From Azolla caroliniana (lineage: Eukaryota; Plantae; Polypodiophyta), in contig JBHGNT010000007.1 in NCBI GenBank assembly GCA_043228905.1, forward strand, positions 3,658,001 through 3,722,000: a DNA stretch of 64,000 bases. The letters run 5' to 3'. Shown in pieces: positions 46,910-58,809 of the stretch; the stretch's first letter is position 1, and the number at the start of each line of letters is the position of its first letter. A model generated the notes under the pieces. It searched no databases. It was given only the letters and a program-made list of their open reading frames with translations, and had not been told where the DNA came from. The position numbers and the translations under genes were made by a program.

Positions 46910-49900
46910 TGTTGGAAGCGATGTCGTCAGTGCGGAAGATCAAGAAGCATTCGTTTCTTCTCTGTACCTGCGTATGACTGTTTGTAGGTCGTTGCACAGA
47001 GAGAGAGAGAGAGAGACACAAAAGAGTCTTTATTTCATAAAGAAGAATACAACAAGCCAACCCCACAAAGAGGTTACAAGGTCACTATATATAGTGACCG
47101 ACTTAGGGCAATTACCCTTTATGCTAATTACATAAATGGCCGAAACGGGATAGTGTGAATACGTCCATTATACACATGTATTCGACACTCCCCCGTAATG
47201 GGCGTATACATGGGTTATCTAAGATTACAGGTATAGACTTAGGTTCTCGGACATATCAGCTTTGTTCGAGTCGGCAGGGTCCGAAGGCAGAAGACCGAAC
47301 TGGTCGGGTCGGAACAGTTGAAGCCGATCATTAAGGAACTGATGTCGGTTGTCGGGAACCATCCTGCTCTGTGTCCGGCTCTAACCGGACTGGTTTGTCG
47401 TTACGCCCATCTGATGCCGAAGAGACCGAAAGCGGTCTGCCGAAAGACACTTGGTCATTCCATCTGCGACATTGTCGGTTGTGGATATTTTCTCTAGACC
47501 GATTTTCCCTGAAATGACGCAGTCCCGAACGAAGTGATATCGAACGTCGATATGCTTGGAGGCGTTGTGGTGAACCGGATTTTTCGACAAGGCAACAGCA
47601 CCTTGACTGTCGCTGTAGACAACTGGAGCCGAGTCATGGTCGACTTGTCGAAACGTGTGCGCCAGCCGACCGAGCCACAAAGCTTCTTTTGCTGCGTCGG
47701 ACGCAGCTACATATTCTGCTTCAGTCGTTGAGGTCGCTGTGCACTCCTGAAGTTTCGACTTCCACGAGATTGCTCCATTGCCGAATTTGAAGCAGTATCC
47801 GGTTGTTGATTTCCGACTGTCTATACAGCCGGCGAAGTCCGAGTCGGTGTAACCGACTACGCCTGAGGTTCGGTTCGGACCGAAAAGGATGCCGTGGTCT
47901 TTTGTGCCAGCCAGATATCTGAACACATGCTTGACTGCGTTCCAATGCGATCGGCCAGGGTTGTGCATAAATCTGCTAACGACTCCTACGGCATGAGAAA
48001 TATCAGGCCGTGTCGCGACCATCAGGTACATAAGGGAGCCGACTGCCGGTGCATACGGTACCGACTTCATATCTTCCCCCTCCGGGCCGGATGTCGGGCA
48101 GTCTCGCTGAGAGAGCCGAAGATTCATGGGGAGCGGGGTTGAAGCAGATTTGGCTGATTGCATGTTGAAGCGTTCTAAGACACGTCCGATATAGTCGGTC
48201 TGAGACAAAAAGAGATGTCGTTTATCGCGATGCCGACTAATCTTCATGCCGAGTATGTGTCGTGCCGGACCGAGGTCCTTCATTGCAAACTTCAACCGCA
48301 GTTGCCGAACGAGATCGGCAAGTTCGCCCGCGTGGCGTCCAGAAAGTAGCATGTCGTCCACGTAGATGATGAGGAAGATGGGTGAACCATCTTGAGCTGT
48401 GTTGGTGAAGAGACAATGGTCCTCATCGCTTTTTAAGAAGCCGATCGATTGGATGAAGTCGTCGAACTTCTTGTACCATTGTCGCGGTGCCTGTTTGAGG
48501 CCGTATAGACTCTTCCTGAGTCGGCAGACTAGATGTTCTTGGCCAGGTGCCACGAAGCCTTTTGGCTGCTCCATGTAAATTTCTTCCTCGAGATCACCAT
48601 GGAGGAATGCTGTTTTGACATCTAGCTGAATCAGCTCCAAGTTGTCGGCTGCCACTACGCCGAGCAGAAAACGAAGGGTTGTCATTTTCACCACTGGTGA
48701 AAAAATCTCGTCGAAGTCGACGCCATATTCTTGTCGGAAGCCCTTCGCAACTAATCTGGCCTTGTACTTTGGGGTGGTCGAATCAGACGTCTCTTTTAGT
48801 CGATAAACCCACTTGCAAGGAAGAGCACGTCGGTTCCTGGGTAAGTCGACCAGATCCCAAGTCTTGTTTGCCCGGATGGAGTGCATTTCCGACTCCATCG
48901 CCAGATGCCAGGTGGCGGAATCGACAGATGTCGATGCTTCTTCGTAAGACGTCGGTTCGCCGGCGTCGGTGAAGAAAATTCCAGGAGAGTACCTCTCCGG
49001 AGGTTGCGACAGTCTCTCGGATCGTCGAGGTATGATTGTACCGGTCGCATCGGGTATCGAGGTCGGATAGTCCGAAAGCGGATTGGTCTGCTGTGCCGAG
49101 TCGGAGTTGTCCGAGTCGGTGGTGTAAGGTTCAGCTACCCGTGAAGCTGACCGTGTGTTGAGAGCAGGGCCTTCTTGAAGGGTCGGCACATCGGAAAATG
49201 TTACCCTTCGGACTTCGATCGATTTTTCGACTGATGGGTTCATAGCCGACTCGTTGAACACAACGTCCGAACTTCGAACGATTTGTCTGCGTTCGGGGTC
49301 CCAGAGTCGGTATCCCATTTCGCCGTCTGATCCATATCCAAGGAAAATGCATTTCCTGGACCGAGGTGCAAGTTTTCGGCGATCATCTTTCGGAATGAGG
49401 GCGTACGCCTCGCATCCGAAGATCCTCAGCTTGTCGTAATTCGGCTTACTGCCGATCCATAGTTCCTGAGGAATTTGAAGTCCTAGAGGTCTACTTGGCG
49501 ACATATTGATTATGTGTACTGCCGTGAGTAGAGCCTCTGCCCAGAAGCCATCCGACAGTCCGGAGTGTTGGAGCATGGAAACGATCCGTTCTTGGATTGT
49601 CCGATTCATTCGCTCTGCGATCCCGTTTTGCTCCGGACTGTGTGGTGCCGTAAGTTCGCGTCGGATGCCGCGTTGTCGGCAGAATTTGACGAACTCTTCT
49701 GATTTAAACTCTCCCCCATTGTCGGTCCGAAGGCATTTCAGCTTTCGGTCGGTTTGATTTTCTACCATAGCGAGCCAATCGGAGAAGATCGAGAAGACAC
49801 GATCTTTGGTGCGAATTGGATAAGCCCACACCTTTCGAGTCGAATCGTCAATAAAAGTGACGAAGTAAGATGCACCGCCTAGAGACTGATGCGGCATTGG

Positions 49901-52352
49901 GCCACAGACGTCCGAATGGACTAAATCGAGAGGTCTCGTTTCTCTTGGTGCTGATGTCGGGTGTGATGTGGCTGCTTGTTTGCCATACTGACAATGCTCG
50001 CAGAATTGATGGTCCGAGAAGGAGAGTTTGGGGATGTATCCGGCTCTAGATAGGTGCGTGATGCCGGCCTTGCTGAGGTGTCCTAATCGTCGGTGCCATA
50101 GTGATGACACAGGAATATCCACCAAAAACAGGTTACCCTCTCTGAACGTAACATGTAACGGATACAGGGAGTGTATCTTGGGTCCTCTAGCAAGCAGGAG
50201 GTTCCCCCTGTGGAGTGTCCACCCTCCCGAAGAAAAACCGGCACGAATGCCGTCTTCATCTAGTTGTCCGACTGAGACCAATGGCCTTGAGAGCTCGGGT
50301 ACATGTCGGACATTGTGGAGTACAAGTGTAGAGCCACCGGCAAGGTTGAGCTCTACTGTGCCGATACCGATGATGTCACAGTGTTGCGAGTTGCCGACTC
50401 GAACTGAGTCGGAGTGACGGATCGTATATTGCCGAAATTGGGACCGATGAGGAGTCACATGAAATGACGCGCCCGAATCCAAGAGCCATGTGCTCGATTC
50501 TTCAGTCGTGAGCAGAACTTCTGAGCCGACTGGATTTTCGATTGATAGTATGTTCGGGTCGTCCGGTAGCACATCAGCTGAGAAGCTGACGTAATTGATC
50601 TCCTCATGCCGGCCACTCTTCTTGTTGTTCTTGTTCTTGAGTGCGCGGCAGTCGGCTTTGATGTGTCCGGGTTTCTTGCAATAGTTGCAGATTCGGTTGT
50701 CCCGTGACTGGCTCCGTCTTCGCTGATTGTTCGGCGGTCGTGAGGAATCTCTTCCTCGTATGTTCGATCGGTCTGTCGAACCTTGTACTATGTAAGCGTC
50801 GTCTGTTGAGTCTTTGGCGAAAGACTTTCTCCGAGCTGCTTCGGTCAGGATTGCGCTCGTGACTTCGGAGTATTTAACAGCCGTGGTTGACGCGTTGCAC
50901 ACGGTTGTGACGAAAGTTTCCCATGATGAGGGAAGGCTGCTCATGAGTATCATTGCTCTGAGTTCATCCTCGATTGCCGTCCCCTGTGACGAGATTTGGG
51001 AGCTTATGCTTTCGTACTCATTGAGGTGTGCTTGGACCGAATCGGATTCTTTCATCCGCAGGTTGTAGAGGCGCCGGATCAGAAACATCTTCGTTGCGGC
51101 GACCTTCTTTTCGTAAGTGTCCGACAGTGTTTTCCACAGTTCGAATGCTGTCGTACACGATTGCACCGTAAAATATACCGATTCCGATAGGTGCATCCGA
51201 ATCGTGGCGCGGACGATTCTGTCCAGCTTCTGCCACTCGATTGGTTTGTATCCTTCTGGAGGTTCTTCATTTTCGATGGGATCGATTTGCCCCTTGACTA
51301 TGAGATAGTCCTGCATTTGCTCCTTCCAGAAGTTAAAGTTCGATCCATCGAACTTTCGTAGACTCATTTCTGACGAGCCGGATGTTGATGCCATTAAATT
51401 CGGTTTCGGTTGACGAAGCTCGGTTCGGAGTCGACTACGAACCTTGTTGGAGTGCAGCCGGTTGGCTCACCCGATATCGTTCTAGTCGGATTTGAACCCG
51501 AGTAGGTTCGGCTTCGGAGCTTGCTCGAATTGACTTCGGTAGCTTGAGGGACAGAACCGACTGGTCTTCCCGAATGTTACCGAGTCGGAGTGAGTCCGGT
51601 TCGCTTCGGATATATCTGCCGAATACCGATTATTAAAACCGATTATCTGAACCGATTCTGCTTCGGGTGGCTGCAGCGACGAGAGAGATGGATCCAACTG
51701 ATCCTCTCAAATGTCGATCAGCCGGATGAAGCACGAATTGGGGTTGTTGTCTTGAGACCGATCTGCACCGAGTGGTTACAACGAGCGGCGATTGATGACC
51801 TCTTCGGATGTAGTTTAACCGAATGGAGCACGATCGTGTCAATGTTGCACAAGGGGATTTCACCTCGAGCGGTTACGATCACGAAGGACAGAGTACAACC
51901 TACTGGCTTCCTCCAAGCAAAGATGATCTAACGCAATGAGATGCAAACCTGGTTTTTGTTCTTCTTCTCTCTTTCTTCGAATGACGCAAATACTGTGCAG
52001 GCCGCGGTGAAGTGAAGAACCGAATGCTGTGCAGGCGGTGATGACGGCCGAACCTCGAATGCTCTGATACCAGATGTTGGAAGCGATGTCGTCAGTGCGG
52101 AAGATCAAGAAGCATTCGTTTCTTCTCTGTACCTGCGTATGACTGTTTGTAGGTCGTTGCACAGAGAGAGAGAGAGAGAGACACAAAAGAGTCTTTATTT
52201 CATAAAGAAGAATACAACAAGCCAACCCCACAAAGAGGTTACAAGGTCACTATATATAGTGACCGACTTAGGGCAATTACCCTTTATGCTAATTACATAA
52301 ATGGCCGAAACGGGATAGTGTGAATACGTCCATTATACACATGTATTCGACA
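46910..52352 (-). mobile_element. Copia F, intact and very young
   Basis: 278-bp LTRs 46910-47187 and 52075-52352 with no difference seen. TSD GTCAC. tRNA-iMet PBS 52061-52072, short PPT gggggag. Confidence 0.98.
47381..51394 (-). CDS. gag-pol: F Gag-Pol polyprotein (1337 aa, intact)
   Basis: CNYCKKPGHIKADC, WLLDSGAS, VHSDVCGP, TDNGGEF, LDVKTAFLHG, YVDD and TDSD...STTEAEY in Copia order. Confidence 0.98.
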   Translation of the reverse strand: MASTSGSSEMSLRKFDGSNFNFWKEQMQDYLIVKGQIDPIENEEPPEGYKPIEWQKLDRIVRATIRMHLSESVYFTVQSCTTAFELWKTLSDTYEKKVAATKMFLIRRLYNLRMKESDSVQAHLNEYESISSQISSQGTAIEDELRAMILMSSLPSSWETFVTTVCNASTTAVKYSEVTSAILTEAARRKSFAKDSTDDAYIVQGSTDRSNIRGRDSSRPPNNQRRRSQSRDNRICNYCKKPGHIKADCRALKNKNNKKSGRHEEINYVSFSADVLPDDPNILSIENPVGSEVLLTTEESSTWLLDSGASFHVTPHRSQFRQYTIRHSDSVRVGNSQHCDIIGIGTVELNLAGGSTLVLHNVRHVPELSRPLVSVGQLDEDGIRAGFSSGGWTLHRGNLLLARGPKIHSLYPLHVTFREGNLFLVDIPVSSLWHRRLGHLSKAGITHLSRAGYIPKLSFSDHQFCEHCQYGKQAATSHPTSAPRETRPLDLVHSDVCGPMPHQSLGGASYFVTFIDDSTRKVWAYPIRTKDRVFSIFSDWLAMVENQTDRKLKCLRTDNGGEFKSEEFVKFCRQRGIRRELTAPHSPEQNGIAERMNRTIQERIVSMLQHSGLSDGFWAEALLTAVHIINMSPSRPLGLQIPQELWIGSKPNYDKLRIFGCEAYALIPKDDRRKLAPRSRKCIFLGYGSDGEMGYRLWDPERRQIVRSSDVVFNESAMNPSVEKSIEVRRVTFSDVPTLQEGPALNTRSASRVAEPYTTDSDNSDSAQQTNPLSDYPTSIPDATGTIIPRRSERLSQPPERYSPGIFFTDAGEPTSYEEASTSVDSATWHLAMESEMHSIRANKTWDLVDLPRNRRALPCKWVYRLKETSDSTTPKYKARLVAKGFRQEYGVDFDEIFSPVVKMTTLRFLLGVVAADNLELIQLDVKTAFLHGDLEEEIYMEQPKGFVAPGQEHLVCRLRKSLYGLKQAPRQWYKKFDDFIQSIGFLKSDEDHCLFTNTAQDGSPIFLIIYVDDMLLSGRHAGELADLVRQLRLKFAMKDLGPARHILGMKISRHRDKRHLFLSQTDYIGRVLERFNMQSAKSASTPLPMNLRLSQRDCPTSGPEGEDMKSVPYAPAVGSLMYLMVATRPDISHAVGVVSRFMHNPGRSHWNAVKHVFRYLAGTKDHGILFGPNRTSGVVGYTDSDFAGCIDSRKSTTGYCFKFGNGAISWKSKLQECTATSTTEAEYVAASDAAKEALWLGRLAHTFRQVDHDSAPVVYSDSQGAVALSKNPVHHNASKHIDVRYHFVRDCVISGKIGLEKISTTDNVADGMTKCLSADRFRSLRHQMGVTTNQSG

Positions 52353-52807
52353 GTCACATCAAGAATGGTTCCAAGAGCTTTGAGAGCCGGACCGACCCGA
52401 CTATGTCAAAACCGGAGACGACACTACGAACCCGATTAAGCACATCGGCAATGTTCTATTCGGAGAAGAAGGTAAGAAAACTTATACTAAAAATGTATTG
52501 CATGTACCAACTATCATGAAGAATTTGGTCTCTGTCGGCCAAATTGTAGAGCAAGGAATGCAAGGACAATTTAATCAAGGCGGTCGCTTCATCGAAAAAT
52601 AGAGCTGACTCATCGCTCGCGGACGAAGAGAGGGTCGAATGTTCATTCTCGACTCGCAAGAGATGAAATTGGCCATGTTCGCAAAAGGCACAAAAGCCGA
52701 GTCCAACATAGAGTTATGGCACAAGCGGATTGGCCATATCAACCTTCAAAAACTCAAGGCGATGCAATCGAAAGGAGTCGTCATCGGACTCCCGACCTTC
52801 AAAGAGA

Positions 52808-53637
52808 GCTCCTCAATGTCGGTCTTGTCTAGGGTTACATAGGGTTCTTTGTCTAGGGTTACATAGGGTTCTTGAAATTCTTCACCCGTTTCCCTGCTAT
52901 AGGCACCCGTAGTACTGTTCCATCCAACTCGCATAGTCGGTAAGTTCCGTTGTCGAAAACTTTCTGAACCTCATATGACCCGAACCACCTTTTCGCGAAC
53001 TTCCGTATCGTTGTATGTTGATGATCCAAACTACTATCATAGACAATCACCCAATATCCTTCTTCAATCTTCCGCGGTTGTAGTTGATGCTTTGTGTCGA
53101 ATCGGCTTTTGTTTCGGAATCGCGCTTCCTGTTGTTGGCGTGTTACTTCCGCTATGTCTTCCACACATATACATCTTTCTCTCCTCCTTATATCAAGGAT
53201 GGGAGAGACTAAGCATAGCTTCCTGCTTTTTCTAAAGTGTTCATGCACACTAAATGTGCATGAGTTGCTTTTTCCACTATGCTTTTATTTCCTAAATATA
53301 GTGCTCATGCATGCTAGATGTGCACGAGTATTTTTTTTATTGGTTTATATTTTTCTTGTAAATAAAGTATTCACTCACTCTAAAAATGCATGATTTACCT
53401 TTTAATAAAGGTAGGCATAAATAAAAGTCTTATACCTATTAAATCCATATTTATAACACTTATGATAAGTTAATACAATGATAGAGTTTTGGTTTATTTA
53501 CATGAAGGTACAGGGTTCGAATCCTGCCCTATGCATGTAATAAATATTTTAATATTTTCTTTTATTTATATATATGTACTTAAATCAGATATATTATTTT
53601 TACATTTTTCATGTAGTGTGCAGACTACACTACGACA
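52808..53637 (-). mobile_element. Gypsy E: partial 5' LTR (~53163-53637) fused to integrase C-terminus
   Basis: LTR matches 46070-46545 in the opposite orientation. Int tail EARFRNKSRFDTKH...IAGKRVK resembles C. Flank ATGC is the reverse complement of GCAT. Confidence 0.9.
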
Positions 53638-54479
53638 ATGCATCTTCTTTCGGCACTCTTCTGCGCGATGGCCGATTTTTCCGCAGTATCCGCATTCGAC
53701 TGAGTTTTGTCAACTTGGACCGGAATGGAAGCTCCCCCTTCTTCCAAAGGTTCCTCAATGGCTTCCGTCTTGATGCCGAAATTGCGAGTTGTTTTCGTAA
53801 GTCGGGCCTCGTCCGCCTAGTCCTTGGCAGAATCAGCCTCTTCTTGCACGGCCGCGTCCTTTTCCTCCGTTCGAATGCGTGTAGAGCATGTGGCCTTTCG
53901 AGGCATTGCTCCTCGTTCGAACATGGTTTTCTTCGATCAACAATATAGATTGAAGATCGAAGAAGGAGGGTGGATTCTCCCGTGCTAGTACGGCGGTCTG
54001 CATCGCGCTGAATCGTGGTGCAAGGCCGCCAAGGCATATTTGCACCATCTCATCATCGTCCACATTGATGATTATCGAGCCAAGCGAGTCGCAAAGCTCC
54101 TTGATCTTCAAGGTGTAGCTTGTGACCTTTGTTGGATGTTGTTCAACTCTGGGCGGAGTTGAAGCTTTCTCGCTGTATTGTTGGCGGTGAAAATCTTTCG
54201 TAGATTCTCCCACGCTTCCTTCGGCATCCTGTCTTCTCGAATGTAGCTGAGCATGTGGTCGTGTACACATGTCGCCAAGCAATACATTACTCGACTCGCC
54301 GCTTGCTCCCATGATGCGTAGTTGGCATCTTTCGGGTCGGGTCGGTTTTCTTGTGCTCCCTTGATGTAACTCCAATAGTCTTGGCCGACAAGGTATTTGT
54401 GCATCTTGTACTCCCAAGATGCAAAGTTGTTGTGATCCAACTTCTCGCTAGGGAGAGCGCTCCCCATTTGAGTATTCAT
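53638..54479 (-). pseudogene. gag: A2 gag
   Basis: MNTQMGSALPSEKLDHNNFASWEYKMH is nearly identical to A1 gag. Frameshifted. Confidence 0.92.
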
Positions 54480-55094
54480 TGTCGATTAAGCTTCCTTTCT
54501 TCTTTTCCTTCTCTCTCAAACACAAGCTATGTAGTGATACTACGATAGCGATGAGCCGGTTCTTCTTGAACGTTAGCGTAGAGCACAACACACGATCACG
54601 ATGAGGTGAGTGGGCTAGATCGAGCTATCAAATCGCTCTGATACCATGTAAAGAATCGATGGTGATTCTTGTGTAGCGGAAGAGATATGTGTTATGTGTA
54701 TGTGTGAGAGGAATTAGAGGAGAGATTAGAGAACACAAGATAGATAGAAAAAGGAATACTCAAGAAGAAGGTGTAAATTTCACAAGTAGAATAAGAATTA
54801 CAAAATGTAGCATAATAAGGAGTCACAACCAACTTAATATGAAGTATGAGGAGGGTGCTTTATATAGAGTCACCCTCTCTCTTCATTAACTTACAACAAC
54901 CACTCTCTCTCTTGGGGAATGTGAAAACTCATAGTCATGGGGAATATGTAACTCATTAGTTATGTGTCATAGAATATGATTCTATGACACATTGTTTAAT
55001 GTATAGAGAGTGGTATGACTCTTGACCTTTGAGTGCACATAGATTCTCAAAGGTGTGTTCACACGTTGTACTATGTTGAGCTTGATACTCAACA

Positions 55095-55375
55095 TAGTCA
55101 AACGAAGGAGAACATATACTAGTGGAGTAGTCAAAGCCGACCCGACTGAGCATCCGAACACAGAGCTGGAACGGGCCAAGTAGCAAGATGACTTTCCGGC
55201 GACCGAGAGTTGTGTTTGAAAGGGTGCGTTGAGAGTCAAACCCAACTTCCGACACACTAGGTTCAGGCTAATTTTGTAAATAGTAGAAAGGGACGTTCCT
55301 CTAGTAAGTTAGTTGATATTTAAACAAACTCTTTTGTAACCTAGTCACTATTGGATATATTTATCATAGCTTCTT

Positions 55376-55442
<67 letters not shown>

Positions 55443-55489
55443 TGTCTTACACATACACACAGATTTTCCTTCCGTTGCACGAGATCACC
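55095..55489 (+). mobile_element. A0 remainder: 3' region, decayed PPT and partial LTR with a long (CT)n tract
   Basis: gtttgaaagggtgcgttgagagtcaa resembles the PPT/LTR junction gcttgagggggcgtgttgagaatcaa. (CT)n at ~55378-55438. Confidence 0.6.
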
Positions 55490-58400
55490 TGTTGGGAATG
55501 CGGCCGTCTAGTGCAAAACAAATCAACACTCTTTTGAAGAGAAGATCATAAACAGATACAAGCAAGGTAGATTGATGGCAACAGAAATAGAGAACGATAA
55601 GCAACTAGAACATAGGAGAGAGAGACAGTAGGCACAAGATGAACTATATTTTCAACAACCACAAAACTAGGTTACAAAGTCAGTTTATATACTGACTAAC
55701 TTAGGGCAACTACCTTTCTCACTATTTACATAAATGGCATAAACCTAGTGTGTACAAAAGGAGACAATGTGAATACATCCATTAGAGACCCACATTCAAC
55801 ACTCCCTCGTAATGGGCGTATACATCGAGAATCTGTAAATTGAAATAAATGTACAATACAAATTGATATAAAGTTTTCGAACAAATCAAAATTTCGTTCA
55901 AGTCAGTGAGCTTTGAAAAACAAAAGGCTGAACTGGTCAAGATTTGGAAAACTAAGACCGAGCTTCGAGTTGTCGAAGTCAACTATTCGAAAAACGTCCT
56001 AAGTGTCTGACTTAATCAGACTAATTCTTAGATATGCCCATTTGGTGCCGTAGGGATCAGAATTGATCCATCGAAAGATACATTGTCATTCCCTTTGCGA
56101 CATTATCGGCTGTAGGTATCTTCTCGAGGCCGATTTTCCCTGAAATGACACAGCCCTAAACAAAATGATATTGAATGTTGATGTGTTTCGAGGCATTGTG
56201 TTGAACTAGATTTTTCGATAGAGTGACAACACCTTGACTCTGTAGACAATTGGAGCCAAGTTGGAGTCGACTTGTCGAAATGTGTGCGCTAGCTGACCAA
56301 GCCATAAAGCCTCTTTCGCCGCATCGAACACAGCTACATATTCGGCCTCGGTTGTCAATGTGCTAGTGCACTCCTAGAGTTTCAATTTCCACAAGCTTGC
56401 TCCATTTCCGAATTTGAAGCAATATCTGGTTGTCGATTTTCGACTGTCCATGGAATCTGCAAAGTTCGAGTCATTGTATCTGACTACGCCTAAAGTGTTG
56501 TTTGGGCCAAATAGAATGCCAAGGTCTTTTGTGCCCACCAGATATCTAAACACATGCTTGACTGCATTCCAATGCAATCGGCTGGGATTGTGCATGAATC
56601 TGCTGACGACTTCGATGGCACGAGCAATGTCAAGTCGTGTCGCGACCATTGCGTATATCAGGGAGCCCACTACTAGTGCATACGAAACCGACTTGATAAT
56701 TTCCCCCTCTGAACCAGATGTCAGGCAGTCTCGTTGAGACAACTGAGGGTAATGGGGAGCAGGGTCGAAGTAGATTTAGTCGATTGCATGTTGAAGTGTT
56801 CAAGGACACAAGTAATATAGTCGGATTGCAACAGAAACAATTGTCGTCGATTTCGATTCTGACTTATCTTCATCCCAAGAATGTGTCTTGCCGGACCGAG
56901 GTCCTTCATGGCAAACTTCAACTGTAGTTGCCGAACAAGTTCGGCGAGCTCTCCGGCATGCCAACCGAAGAGTAGCATGTCATCCACGTAAACGATGAGG
57001 AAGATGGGTGACCCATGTCGAGCTGTTTTGGTGAAGAGGCAGTGGTCCTCTTTGCTCTTAGAGAAGCTGACTTATTGGATGAAATGGTCGAGCTTCTTGT
57101 ACTACTATCGCGGTGCCAGTTTAAGGCCATAAAGACTCTTCCTAATTCAACAAACTAGATGTTCTTGGCTGAGTACCGAAAAGCCTTTCGGCTGCTCCAT
57201 ATAAATTTCCTCCTCTAAGTCACCATGGAGGAATGTTGTTTTAACATCTAGCTGAATCAGCTCCAAATTTTCGGCTACCATGATGCCGAGCATAAAGTGG
57301 AGGGTTGCCATTTTCACCATTGGTGAAAAGATTTCACCGGTGTCCATAAAGAAGATTGTACCTCTCCGGGGGTTGCAACAATCTCTCGAGTCTTCGAGGT
57401 AGGACTGTACTAGTTGCATCAGGTATCAAGGTCAGATGGTCAAAAGCCGAAACATTTGATTGTGCCGAGTCGAGCGTTGTCGAGTCGGTGCTAGAGGTTT
57501 CAACTACCCGTGAAACCGAACTCGGGTTGTGTGTTGGGCCTTCATGAAGGGTCGGCAGTTCGGAAAAAGTTACCCTTCGGACTTCGATAGGCCTTTCAGC
57601 CGTCTTGTGCATAGCCGACTCATTGAACACTACGTCTGAACTTTGGATGATCTATCTGTGCTCGGGGTCCCAGAGTCGGTATCCGATTTCGCCATCTAGT
57701 CCATAACCAAGGAAAATGGATTTCCTGGACTTCGGTTTGAGTTTTCGGTGATTGTCTTTTGGTATGAGGGCGTATGCCTCGCATCCGAAAATCCTCATCT
57801 TGTAGTAATTTGTCTTGCTGCCGGTCCATAATTCCTGAGATATTCTAAGTCCTAGAGGCCTACTCGGCAACATATTGATTATGTGTATTGTCGTAAGTTC
57901 GGCCTCGGACCAGAAGCCATCCGACAGTCTTGAGTGTTAGAGCATGGAAACTATCCTTTCCTCAATTGTCTAATTCATCCGCTCGGCAATAATTCACACC
58001 ATATGGCATTCCATTTTGCTCTGGACTATGGGATGTCGTATATTCACGCCATATGCCGCGTTGTCAGCAGAATCTGACGAATTCTTCAGATTTGAACTCT
58101 CCTCCATTATCGGTCCGAAGACATTTGAGTTTTCGGCCAAACTGATTTTCGATTGTAGTGAGCCAGTTGGAGAAAATCGAGAACACTAGATCTTTGGTCT
58201 TTATAGGATAGGCCCACACCTTCCGAGTCGAGTCATCAATAAAGTTGATGAAATACAATGCACCGCCAAGAGACTGATGTGGGATAGGGCCACAGATGTC
58301 TGAGTGTACCAAATCTAGTGGACTCAATTCTCTCAGCACTGATGTCGAGTGTGAGGTTGCAACTTGTTTGCCGTACTGGCAATGCTTGTAGAATTAATGA

Positions 58401-58809
58401 TTCAAGAAGGAGAGTTTGGGGATGTATTCGTCTCTGGATAGGTGCATAATGCCGACCTTGCTAAGGTGTCGGAGTCGTCCATGCCATAGCGATGTCGCGG
58501 AAATATCAATCAGGAATAGGTCACCCTCTTTGAGTGTGACATATAATAGGTACAACGAATATACTTTCGGCCCTCAAGCAAGCAGGAGATTCCCCTTGTG
58601 GAGTGTCCACCCTCCTGACGACAAGCCGACACAAATAATGTCTTCATACAATTGTCCGACTGAGATCAAAGGTCTTGAAAGCTCAGGTACATGTCAGACA
58701 TTGTGTAGTACCAATGTAGAGCCACCCAGAAGGTTGAGCTCTACGACGCCGATTCTGATTATCACAATGTTGCAAACTTCCGACTCGATTTGAATCAGAA
58801 TGTTGGGCC
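55490..58809 (-). mobile_element. Copia I (relative of F): 3' LTR 55490-55801 and degenerate pol
   Basis: Collinear with F from RNase H back to the protease. Same PPT context (ctccc.cgtaatgggcgtatacat). Many stops. Confidence 0.9.

Larger units (their letters stand above)
14926..55094 (-). mobile_element. Copia A2, expanded to 40 kb by nested insertions
   Basis: LTRs 14926-15371 and 54647-55094. PBS 54635-54646, PPT 15372-15386, TSD TAGTT/TAGTC (one mismatch). Internal pieces rejoin across each insertion: 15385-17178, 25050-25336, 45198-46003, inverted 46722-46909 and 52353-52807, 53638-54479. Confidence 0.92.
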
